Of a stretch of DNA of 24,000 nucleotides, positions 1 to 6,951 are shown one piece after another. The position numbers and the translations under genes are program-made. The notes beneath the pieces were generated by a model, which was not told the DNA's origin, ran no database searches, and saw only the letters and a list, made by a program, of their open reading frames with translations. Source of the DNA: Aliarcobacter cibarius (GTDB taxonomy: Bacteria > Campylobacterota > Campylobacteria > Campylobacterales > Arcobacteraceae); the NCBI RefSeq assembly GCF_013372265.1, contig NZ_CP054051.1, positions 608,263 to 632,262 on the forward strand. Direction: 5' to 3'. Position 1 is the stretch's first letter. Each line of letters opens with the position of its first letter.

Positions 1-1466
1 TTATTACCACTTTTACAGAACTTAAAAGAGATGGAATATCCAAAGCAAATAAAAATTATATTATAAAAGATTTTGGTAAGTTTTCAACGAAAGAAACTTG
101 TCATACTTGTAATGGTAAATGTAAAATAACATGTAATTCTTGTAGAGGTAATGGAAAACATAGATGTAACTATTGTAGTGGAACAGGTTCAACTCAAACT
201 ACTTATAGAAATCATATGGGAAAGCTAATATATACAACAACTAGTTGTTATAATTGTAGTGGTCGTGGTAATAAAGCTTGTTATTCATGTTCTGGATCTG
301 GAAAAGTTCGTTGTGATAATTGTAATGGTCATGGATATTTTATTATTACCCACGATATTGTGGCAAAAGCAAAGCCAGAATTTATTATTAAAACTGATTC
401 TAAATTTGCAAATAATGATTTAGAACAATTTTTAAAGAAAAAAAATTTACTTTTCTTAAATGATACTATAGATTTTAAATATATTAATAAAAACATGAAT
501 AGAAATGATGATAAAGAAATATTCACATATATTGGGAATAGTGTTATTATAAAACAAAACTTCAGTGTTCATTCAAAAGAATACACTTGTTATGCTTTTT
601 CAAATCCTCCTATTCCATTCATTAAACCAACTATATTTGATGATTTATTTATAAATGAAATAGAATTTCTTAATAGCAAAGAAGGTCAAAAGAAATATAT
701 TAGTAAGAAAAAAGCTCTTAGCTTTTTTGATTCATATAGTAAATTACCTATACTTGATAAAGCAATAAAAGAAATAGCTAGTGTTAGAGAAAAGAACAAG
801 GAAAATACTACATACTTATTAATTAAAGCTACTCAGGGATTTATTTCAAGTAATATAGCATCTGCACTTTCAAATCATATAAACAAATTCATGGATAAAA
901 TTTCGCCAACCTATTCTCCATTAATTTGGGTAATAGGTTTATTATTTTCATTTATTGTAACAATAGTTTTTTTTGAATATTCTATTGAAGAACAAGGAAC
1001 AAAAATCATATTTGATTCTATAATTAAATTTGTAATTATGAGTTTTATTTTAATACTTATAATTTATCCTTTAGATCTTTTATTAACATTGTTAAAAAGA
1101 ATGAAAATACCCACTGAATATAGACAAAAATTAAGATATAAAGAACCATTAAAACTTTTTACGCTTGGAAGTTTCATAATTTTATCATTAGTTTTAAGTT
1201 ATGGAATATTATCTAATAAAAATTATGTACCAAAAAGTAATGGAATGCCTCAGTATATTGCATTGAAGATTTTAAATGACGGATGTGAGATATTTAAAGA
1301 TAATAATTTGGATATTTGTGAAAAAATAGATTTCAACAAAGTTATTACTTATTTTCCAGTAATTCATAGAATACCTATTCATAGTGATGAAATAAAATAT
1401 ATAAATAAATTAAGAAGAGAATATACTATGGATATTTTTTATTTACAAAATAATAAATTTAAATAA
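1..1466 (+). CDS. Membrane protein with N-terminal DnaJ-type CxxCxGxG zinc-finger repeats; 5' end lies outside the window
   Basis: Reading frame 3 is open from base 3 with no stop before the Met at 216 listed in the ORF track, so that Met is internal. Six tandem Cys motifs lie at about nt 99-340: CHTCNGKC, CNSCRGNG, CNYCSGTG, CYNCSGRG, CYSCSGSG, CDNCNGHG. The C-terminal third has three hydrophobic helices: LIWVIGLLFSFIVTIVFF, FVIMSFILILIIYPL, LFTLGSFIILSLVLSYGIL. Function unknown. Confidence 0.7.
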   Translation, partial: ITTFTELKRDGISKANKNYIIKDFGKFSTKETCHTCNGKCKITCNSCRGNGKHRCNYCSGTGSTQTTYRNHMGKLIYTTTSCYNCSGRGNKACYSCSGSGKVRCDNCNGHGYFIITHDIVAKAKPEFIIKTDSKFANNDLEQFLKKKNLLFLNDTIDFKYINKNMNRNDDKEIFTYIGNSVIIKQNFSVHSKEYTCYAFSNPPIPFIKPTIFDDLFINEIEFLNSKEGQKKYISKKKALSFFDSYSKLPILDKAIKEIASVREKNKENTTYLLIKATQGFISSNIASALSNHINKFMDKISPTYSPLIWVIGLLFSFIVTIVFFEYSIEEQGTKIIFDSIIKFVIMSFILILIIYPLDLLLTLLKRMKIPTEYRQKLRYKEPLKLFTLGSFIILSLVLSYGILSNKNYVPKSNGMPQYIALKILNDGCEIFKDNNLDICEKIDFNKVITYFPVIHRIPIHSDEIKYINKLRREYTMDIFYLQNNKFK

Positions 1467-1833
1467 AAATATAATTATGTAACAAAACTTTTACAAATTA
1501 GAAATTATAATTTATATAAACTTGATAGAAGTGTATAAAAAAATACTTTCTGATAAATGTTACATTTGGAAATGGTTAATTAAATTATAATTTTTATGTA
1601 CTATAAAGTGTCGACAGTTCAATTTCATAAATGTAGATATTTTTTTATTGATAATAAACATATATAAAAAATATAAAATTATCATATATGAAGATTTGCC
1701 AATATTTTTTTTTATGAAATTGCTTTGTTTTAGAATAGAACTAAAATTTATATCTGGAATGACCCCAAGTTAGATTTTTTATGTGCGAAAGTTGAGTTAT
1801 TAATCTAAACAATAATTTATATATAGGATTTAC

Positions 1834-2037
1834 ATGGAAATAGTTTTTATTTTAAGTTTAATTTTCTTAGTAGGATTAGGTATTCTTTGGTTGTATACAT
1901 TAATAGATGCACTAAAAAGTGAATTTAAAGATGGTACGAATAAAATAGTTTGGTTAATTGTAATATTTATTTTAGGCCCAATCGGGAGTATTTTATATAT
2001 TTTTATTAGTAAAAAACAAAAAATTGTACAAGAATAA
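1834..2037 (+). CDS. Small 2-TM membrane protein, PLDc_N (phospholipase D/nuclease N-terminal)-like
   Basis: 67 aa with AGGA 6 nt upstream of the ATG. Two hydrophobic helices. The second has the W..(I/V)..PxxGxxxY pattern (VWLIVIFILGPIGSILYIFISKK) that I associate with PF13396. The antisense ORF 1830..2096 is low-complexity and is treated as a shadow. Confidence 0.55.
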   Translation: MEIVFILSLIFLVGLGILWLYTLIDALKSEFKDGTNKIVWLIVIFILGPIGSILYIFISKKQKIVQE

Positions 2038-2202
2038 ATTAGAAAATCAAATTTTTCACAAACTATTATTGATAGAATTTTAAATGCTGGAACCATTATT
2101 ATTCAAGGAACTGGTGGAAGTAAAACACCAATCCCTACAATTAGCAATCCACTTAGATTTAGAAGAGAATTTTTAATAATAGTTGAAGAGAAAAAGAAAT
2201 AA
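2038..2202 (+). pseudogene. Start-less C-terminal fragment of a bacterial PH-domain (bPH_2/YdbS-like) protein, in frame directly behind the TAA of the previous ORF
   Basis: My translation of nt 2038-2199 is IRKSNFSQTIIDRILNAGTIIIQGTGGSKTPIPTISNPLRFRREFLIIVEEKKK, then TAA at 2200-2202. It resembles the last half of bPH_2 domains (xxRxLGxGTLxIxTxG....I.xI.nP). There is no ATG/GTG/TTG start and the N-terminal half of the domain is missing. Confidence 0.3.
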
Positions 2203-2385
2203 TTTTTCCTTTTCAAAGTACTCAATTTATCGTGTTGAGTTAGACTCCTTTTTGTATCAAATAATACATAAAATCTAACTCAAACTTAAAAAAATCTAAT
2301 TTTAATATCCACTTTGATAAATTAAAATAATCTGCTTTTTTGAATATTTTTTAAGAATCTCATTTATCACAAGTAGTGCAAAAAT

Positions 2386-2408
2386 AAAAGAGACTAAAAG
2401 TCTCTTTT
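2386..2408 (-). terminator. Hairpin terminator downstream of the xis-like gene
   Basis: Perfect 9-bp stem, AAAAGAGAC (2386-2394) with GTCTCTTTT (2400-2408), and a 5-nt loop. On the minus strand it is followed by a T-rich run (TATTTTTGC). It overlaps the stop codon at 2407-2409. Confidence 0.55.
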
Positions 2409-2598
2409 ATGCTGCTATATTATTCTTTTTTAAACTTTCAAAATAATCATTAATATTATTTTGACTCCAAAAGCTTGAACCTCCTACTTTAATAGGTCTC
2501 AAAAGCTTAATTTGTTTACTGAGCCTATATAACGTTGCTCTACTAACTGGTATTTGAACTAACACAGCATCTATACGTAAAAATTTGTCTTTTTCCAT
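2407..2598 (-). CDS. AlpA/excisionase-family (MerR-like HTH_17) DNA-binding protein
   Basis: MEKDKFLRIDAVLVQIPVSRATLYRLSKQIKLLRPIKVGGSSFWSQNNINDYFESL fits the Xis/AlpA pattern (short leader, HTH, P.K(I/V)G, W, then a C-terminal helix). I moved the start to the ATG at 2598, where a GAGGTGG-like RBS lies about 8 nt upstream and the previous ORF stops at 2600. The track start at 2628 would overlap that ORF. Confidence 0.7.
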   Translation of the reverse strand: MEKDKFLRIDAVLVQIPVSRATLYRLSKQIKLLRPIKVGGSSFWSQNNINDYFESLKKNNIAA

Positions 2599-2599
2599 A

Positions 2600-2962
2600 T
2601 TAAGCCACCTCAGATGTAATATATTCATAAAAAATTGGTATTTTAATTATCGTAAAATCCGTAGACATTCTCAGACGGTGTGGTTGCACCCTATATTTAT
2701 TACAGTAATTCCAAATGCATTTTATATGTTTAATTTTTACAGTATAAGAATCTGAAAAATAATCATAAACATTTTTAATTCCACCAAATCTTCTAAAAAA
2801 TTCTAATATTTCAGGGTTTAATCTGTTGTTGTTGCACCGTATATCCTCTAAAGATTCAAAGGTTTTCTCTCTAAAATCCTTAATTGCAACACATGTTAAC
2901 ATATTAATAAAATTTATTGTTTTAACACATTCTTTTGTGTAAAGTGGATGAATATTAACCAT
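2600..2962 (-). CDS. Hypothetical protein (120 aa), no recognisable family
   Basis: Sits between the Rep-like gene (8-nt overlap at 2955-2962) and the xis-like gene (1-nt gap). The operon context supports coding. Cys-rich, with no motif I can name. Confidence 0.5.
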   Translation of the reverse strand: MVNIHPLYTKECVKTINFINMLTCVAIKDFREKTFESLEDIRCNNNRLNPEILEFFRRFGGIKNVYDYFSDSYTVKIKHIKCIWNYCNKYRVQPHRLRMSTDFTIIKIPIFYEYITSEVA

Positions 2963-3710
2963 TTACTACCTCGGCATCACATATTTTAATACATTTTTTA
3001 GACCCATTTACATTTATTACATAAAAATTATTTTGAATATCGATTATTTTGTAATACGCATCTGCAACTTTAATAAATTTTCCAATATTTATAAAATTAA
3101 TATTTTCTGCCAATTTACCATTAATCAAATGTTGATTGATGAATAAATATTTCCATTCTTGAAAGGCTTTTTGTTTATCAAGTTTTTGATAATTTATACA
3201 CAATAAACCATCACATATTGAATAAATATGTTTTTCAGATATTGCAGCAAAAGTTTTATTTTGAAAATCTCTCACTATCCCATTTTTAAAATCTAAAAAA
3301 TCTCTCTCACTTTCTACTGAGGATTGAGTGATGATTAAAGAAGATGATGATTCGTAGGTCATAGCTGTGACACTATCTTGTGGTGTCACTGATGATACAA
3401 TAGTAGTGTCATTTTGTACTTTTAGTGGTGTCAAAGTGCTACCACCAAAAGTAAGTGTATAAATATTGCTTGTTTGTTGCTTTTTTCCTTTTTTAAATCT
3501 ATGTTGTTTTTTTAATACTTGCATTTTTTCTAGTTTTTTAACTATTCTCTTTGCAGTTGAAATGCTGATAGAAGCTTTTTTCGCAATATGACTATAACTT
3601 GGGAAGCAGCTCATACTATCGTCTGCACAGTCAGCTAAAGCTAATAACACTAGCTTTATATTGCCATTTAAATTACTTTTAAATGCCTCATTTATAGCTT
3701 TTATACTCAT
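2955..3710 (-). CDS. Rep-like protein with N-terminal winged-HTH (HTH_36/DnaD-like) domain
   Basis: The N-terminus IKLVLLALADCADDSMSCFPSYSHIAKKASISISTAKRIVKKLEKMQVLKK is the typical PF13730-type HTH seen in plasmid and phage replication initiators. Its start overlaps the upstream stop (TAATG at 3708-3712). Confidence 0.65.
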   Translation of the reverse strand: MSIKAINEAFKSNLNGNIKLVLLALADCADDSMSCFPSYSHIAKKASISISTAKRIVKKLEKMQVLKKQHRFKKGKKQQTSNIYTLTFGGSTLTPLKVQNDTTIVSSVTPQDSVTAMTYESSSSLIITQSSVESERDFLDFKNGIVRDFQNKTFAAISEKHIYSICDGLLCINYQKLDKQKAFQEWKYLFINQHLINGKLAENINFINIGKFIKVADAYYKIIDIQNNFYVINVNGSKKCIKICDAEVVNG

Positions 3711-4396
3711 TATGCAACCTCTCTTTCTTCATCATAAAAATCTATAAAAATTTGATTATTAGATTGTTTCTTTAAAATTTTAAATTGCTCACTAAAATAG
3801 TAATTATTAAAATTTGATTTATCAATATTGTATTTTTCAGTTAATTCTACAGCTTCCTCATGGCTCAAGTCATAATTTTTTAGTAATAAATTTATTGCAA
3901 AAATTAATTTATTAGGTTCATATTTTGAAATTTTTTGAATATCAATAACTGAAAAATCAACTTCATAATTTTCATATATTTCGTCCAAAATCATTGTTTG
4001 TAAAAATACAACATTTATCTTTCTGTTTTTATCAAATACATTTTTACAGTTGTTGCAAATACGTTGCTTGATTAAATAATACTTATCTAAAGTATTTATA
4101 TTGTCTCTTTCAAAAAAACACTTTTTATTTTTTGAAATATTTTTCAAAACTTGTGAAGCAGTTACTTCTATTGATAGCCTATATATAGATTCAAAATCTA
4201 GGTATTTTATATATCCACCAGTTTTATAAAATAACTCTTCTACGTCATCTTTTATAAATTCATATGTAACTGAATCTATATTGATTAGTTCTTCTTTCCA
4301 TGTTTCTAGTGAATAAGAACTAAAAAATGAGATTTTGAAATCTCGCCAAATCTCGTTATAATTCCTATCGATAGGAATTGACATTCTTTTTTGCAT
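3710..4396 (-). CDS. Hypothetical protein (228 aa), first gene of the rep-side operon
   Basis: I moved the start to the ATG at 4396 (MQKRMSIPIDRNY...), which has AGGAGA 5 nt upstream. The track start at 4444 would run through a 12-bp inverted repeat. No recognisable domain. Confidence 0.55.
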   Translation of the reverse strand: MQKRMSIPIDRNYNEIWRDFKISFFSSYSLETWKEELINIDSVTYEFIKDDVEELFYKTGGYIKYLDFESIYRLSIEVTASQVLKNISKNKKCFFERDNINTLDKYYLIKQRICNNCKNVFDKNRKINVVFLQTMILDEIYENYEVDFSVIDIQKISKYEPNKLIFAINLLLKNYDLSHEEAVELTEKYNIDKSNFNNYYFSEQFKILKKQSNNQIFIDFYDEEREVA

Positions 4397-4416
4397 GTTA
4401 TCTCCTGTTTTAAGAT

Positions 4417-4468
4417 AGATTCTTTTTCTTTTGAAAGCGACCAACTATCAGAGTTTGAAAAAGAATCT
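4417..4468. promoter_or_regulatory. Perfect 12-bp inverted repeat just upstream of the rep-side operon (candidate operator or 5' leader hairpin)
   Basis: AGATTCTTTTTC (4417-4428) and GAAAAAGAATCT (4457-4468) are exact reverse complements with a 28-nt spacer, 21-72 nt upstream of the ATG at 4396. A second inverted repeat lies next to it: TTAGTGA (4473-4479) with TCACTAA (4487-4493). Confidence 0.4.
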
Positions 4469-4700
4469 TTTTTTAGTGATTTTTTGTCACTAAAAGAATA
4501 TTAGAGTAATCATTTTTCTAAGTCAAATATTGTAAAAATCTTTAAAAACCCCATAAAATCGAACATCTTACAAATGTGGAACAACTTAATTAAAAATAAA
4601 TTCAGTATTAATTAATACTAAATTAAGTTAATTTTAAGGTTAATATTTATAAAAAAGTACTATTTAAAAAAAGCAAATAAAATTTTCAATGTGTTACAAT

Positions 4701-4728
4701 TTGTATCAAAATGATTCTTTTGATACAA
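4701..4728 (-). terminator. Hairpin terminator after the mob operon
   Basis: Perfect 11-bp stem, TTGTATCAAAA (4701-4711) with TTTTGATACAA (4718-4728), and a 6-nt loop. It begins 13 nt beyond the stop of the 60-aa ORF at 4741. Confidence 0.5.
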
Positions 4729-4740
4729 ATTTTTTATAGA

Positions 4741-4923
4741 TTAAATACCACTTTCATATATTTCTAATATTTGTTTTTTACTAAACCATTGTAATAATTG
4801 TTCTTTTGTATCTAATCCATATATATACCACCCAGTAAATAATTCACCATTTATTCCAATTTCAAATTTTTCTTCAAATTTTCCTTTTCCATAACACTCT
4901 AATATTGCATCTATTTTTTTCAT
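4741..4923 (-). CDS. Small hypothetical protein (60 aa), translationally coupled to the relaxase
   Basis: Its ATG overlaps the relaxase TGA (ATGA at 4920-4923 on the minus strand) and a hairpin follows. No family recognised. Confidence 0.5.
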   Translation of the reverse strand: MKKIDAILECYGKGKFEEKFEIGINGELFTGWYIYGLDTKEQLLQWFSKKQILEIYESGI

Positions 4924-6359
4924 TTTTTAATCCTTTTAGTATTTTTTGTTATTGTTTCAACTAAATCAAAATTTTCTTTGATAACTTCACCAATATTCAA
5001 ACTATCCATTTTAATTTTTAGTTTGTTTACAAGTTTTGCAATGATTCTTCCAATGTTTGCAATTTTTGAAATAATTGATTGTTTAACTCTTTGTTGTTCT
5101 CCACAGTATTCTCCAAGTTTAACTCGTAGATTTTCTGCGTCTGCTGTAACTTGTTTATAAACTCCATCTCTTGTTTTTCCAGCTTTTCTATAAGCTCTAT
5201 ATTTAGCTTCTCGCTCTTTTGTAATTCCTGATTTAGTTGTTGCTCTAGTACTGTCATTTTTTACTCCTTTATCTTTATAAATATTGTTGATTTGTCTTGG
5301 CTTTGTATTACTTCCTTCATTGGTACTTTGATGTACTTTTGATTCTGCTCCACATACTGTAAATCTAAAGGTACTTGCCAAGTTTGTAAATTTTGCATTT
5401 GATTTTGAATTAGGAAATAAAATATCATTGTTATAATCAAAATTATTAGATTCGTTACTCCCATTATTATCAACTGGTATTTGTTTTTTCGATTCAACTC
5501 TTCTTGGATATTTTGATTGAATATATTCAGCTTTTCTCTCAGTATATTCATTAAGCTTGTTTGTATAGAATCTAATTTCTCTTTGTGTGTCTCTTCTATT
5601 GTATTCATCAATTCTTGATTTTGTGTTTTCGCAGATTCTTTCAAATTCTGCAAGGCTTGTAAATTGTTCACTATAAATTCCTCCTTTATATCTTCTAGCT
5701 TTTTTTGAATCTGGTAGTTTCAAACTAATGTAATCACTTCCAACTCTATTCACAAAAATTCCATTTTCATTTAATAGCTCAATCATTTGGTCTCTATTTT
5801 GTATTTGCCCATTTTTTACAAGCTCATGAAGCATCTCATCCAGCTTTTCATAGTCTTTTTGAAGTGATATTTTTTTACTTGCACCTTGAAGTGTTCTTTC
5901 TTTTGCAGGGTCTTTTGGGTCAGTAAAACCATGAGTTAGGTTGGTTAGATTTTGCCAAACATCCACACGACTTAAATCCTGTTTATGATAAAAAGGATTT
6001 AAAGCTATTTTTCTTGTTAGTTCGATTTTTGGAATTACAAAGTTTAACTCTAGTCTTCCCTTATCAGTATGCTCCACCCAAAGGATATTGTATTGGTCTG
6101 ATTCAAGAGATGGTAATAGATATTTTTCAAAATCTCCCATAAGCTTGTATTTTAAATCTTCATCTATATTTTGCTCTTCAAAGCTAAGACACCCAACACA
6201 CACTTTATGCTTGAAAGAAATAGAATTTATGATATTTCTTGTTAGTTGTTCATCACCAATTAAAACTCTTGCTGTTCCATCTTTTTCTCTGTGATTTAAA
6301 AGATAATCAAGAGCTTTTACACTTCCACCTTTTTTATTTGAAAAAAACTTAACTACCAT
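4920..6359 (-). CDS. Mobilization relaxase, ColE1 MbeA-like MOB(HEN) type (PF03432 relaxase/mobilisation nuclease domain)
   Basis: I moved the start to the ATG at 6359 (MVVKFFSNKKGGSVKALDYLL...), a typical relaxase N-terminus with a candidate catalytic Tyr in DYLL. The motif WVEHTDKGRLELNFVIP gives H-x6-E-x-N, the HEN signature that replaces the 3-His motif in MbeA-type relaxases. The start lies 1 nt after the mobC stop. The C-terminal half is basic and low-complexity, as in many Mob proteins. Confidence 0.85.
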   Translation of the reverse strand: MVVKFFSNKKGGSVKALDYLLNHREKDGTARVLIGDEQLTRNIINSISFKHKVCVGCLSFEEQNIDEDLKYKLMGDFEKYLLPSLESDQYNILWVEHTDKGRLELNFVIPKIELTRKIALNPFYHKQDLSRVDVWQNLTNLTHGFTDPKDPAKERTLQGASKKISLQKDYEKLDEMLHELVKNGQIQNRDQMIELLNENGIFVNRVGSDYISLKLPDSKKARRYKGGIYSEQFTSLAEFERICENTKSRIDEYNRRDTQREIRFYTNKLNEYTERKAEYIQSKYPRRVESKKQIPVDNNGSNESNNFDYNNDILFPNSKSNAKFTNLASTFRFTVCGAESKVHQSTNEGSNTKPRQINNIYKDKGVKNDSTRATTKSGITKEREAKYRAYRKAGKTRDGVYKQVTADAENLRVKLGEYCGEQQRVKQSIISKIANIGRIIAKLVNKLKIKMDSLNIGEVIKENFDLVETITKNTKRIKK

Positions 6360-6360
6360 T

Positions 6361-6687
6361 TTACATCTCTTGTTTATATTGCAATTTTTGCAACTGTTTT
6401 TCAATTTCAACAAGCTGTGTAAGCACTGGTATCTTATGCTTATTATCCATAGTATGCATAGATTTTGCAATTTGGTTTAGGTTATTACCAATACGATTAA
6501 GCTCAAAAATCAAATCCATTTGTATTGGAATAGTAATCTTATGATTGATAATTGCATTCTTTGCAAAATTGGTGAAATTAACACCTAAGGTGGTTAATTG
6601 AGATTCAATTTGTGCATATTCATCAGTAGAAAATCGAAGAGTTTTTCTGATAAATCTTGAGTCATATTTTTGGTCTTTGTTTTGCAT
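6361..6687 (-). CDS. mobC: MobC/MbeC-like relaxosome accessory protein (ribbon-helix-helix)
   Basis: KTLRFSTDEYAQIESQLTTLGVNFTNFAKNAII is RHH-like, and ELNRIGNNLNQIAKSMH is the hallmark L.RIG.NLNQIA motif of PF05713. I moved the start to the ATG at 6687, which has AAGGAAG 5 nt upstream. The 30-codon extension in the track covers a hairpin and is probably non-coding. Confidence 0.85.
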   Translation of the reverse strand: MQNKDQKYDSRFIRKTLRFSTDEYAQIESQLTTLGVNFTNFAKNAIINHKITIPIQMDLIFELNRIGNNLNQIAKSMHTMDNKHKIPVLTQLVEIEKQLQKLQYKQEM

Positions 6688-6725
6688 TTTTGCTTCCTTT
6701 TTATTAAAAAGTAAGTCATTGGGTT

Positions 6726-6860
6726 TTAGGGAGAGAATCATCCCTAACGAGGTCTCATTTTCAGTTTCGGCTGACAATGAGTATCCTCGCCCTTTTAAAT
6801 TTTTAACTTACTTATAAAGGTATTCACAAAAATTTAAATTTGAAAACACCCTTAGGGTGT
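6726..6860. promoter_or_regulatory. Candidate oriT and mob promoter region
   Basis: Lies in the intergenic region between mobC (minus strand) and hsdM (plus strand). It holds two inverted repeats: TTAGGGA (6726-6732) with TCCCTAA (6741-6747), and ACACCC (6846-6851) with GGGTGT (6855-6860). Between them, TATCCTCGCCC (6782-6792) is one mismatch from the YATCCTG/Y nick core of IncP/Ti-type oriTs. The position immediately upstream of mobC is typical for an oriT. Confidence 0.3.
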
Positions 6861-6951
6861 GAGAAAATTACTAAACAGTTATTTGCAATAAAGAGTTATT
6901 TATTTAGTTTTAGCTAACATAAATTCTAACTCATAGGGGAGAAAATAAAAT

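Larger units (their letters stand above)
2386..6870. mobile_element. Plasmid-like mobilizable module: Xis/AlpA-like HTH, Rep-like wHTH, HEN-type relaxase, MobC, candidate oriT. No integrase or transposase in the window
   Basis: Seven co-oriented minus-strand ORFs form two packed operons with 1-8 nt overlaps. The gene content matches small ColE1-superfamily mobilizable plasmids. The boundaries are not defined by clear direct repeats. Confidence 0.6.

Noticed and set aside
329-526. Other small overlapping track ORFs: 329..526(-), 1830..2096(-), 19985..20170(+), 20345..20533(-), 22006..22386(+), 23442..23699(+)
   Set aside because: Each lies antisense to, or overlaps, a longer ORF with recognisable motifs or membrane topology. 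None has a convincing RBS or a known motif.
1467-1833. A search of the long AT-rich intergenic regions (1467-1833, 2203-2385, 16478-16750) for tRNA genes, att sites or small protein genes
   Set aside because: No tRNA-like T-arm or acceptor features were seen. Only ORFs of about 20 codons or fewer are present, all without an RBS, and no convincing long direct repeats exist between the regions.
5027-5671. Track ORFs 5027..5257 and 5261..5671 (minus strand), and 4978..5160 and 6088..6294 (plus strand), all inside the relaxase gene
   Set aside because: They are alternative-frame or antisense shadows of the relaxase coding region. Their translations are low-complexity (Q/N/L/E-rich or hydrophobic junk) with no RBS or motif. 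The relaxase frame carries the recognisable motifs.
6688-6777. N-terminal extensions of track ORFs: mobC to 6777, relaxase to 6470, orf228 to 4444, xis-like to 2628, trx to 19466
   Set aside because: Internal ATGs with good Shine-Dalgarno sequences give canonical family N-termini (MVVKFF..., MQNKDQ..., MEKDKF..., MGKYIEL...). They also remove long overlaps with upstream genes or hairpins.
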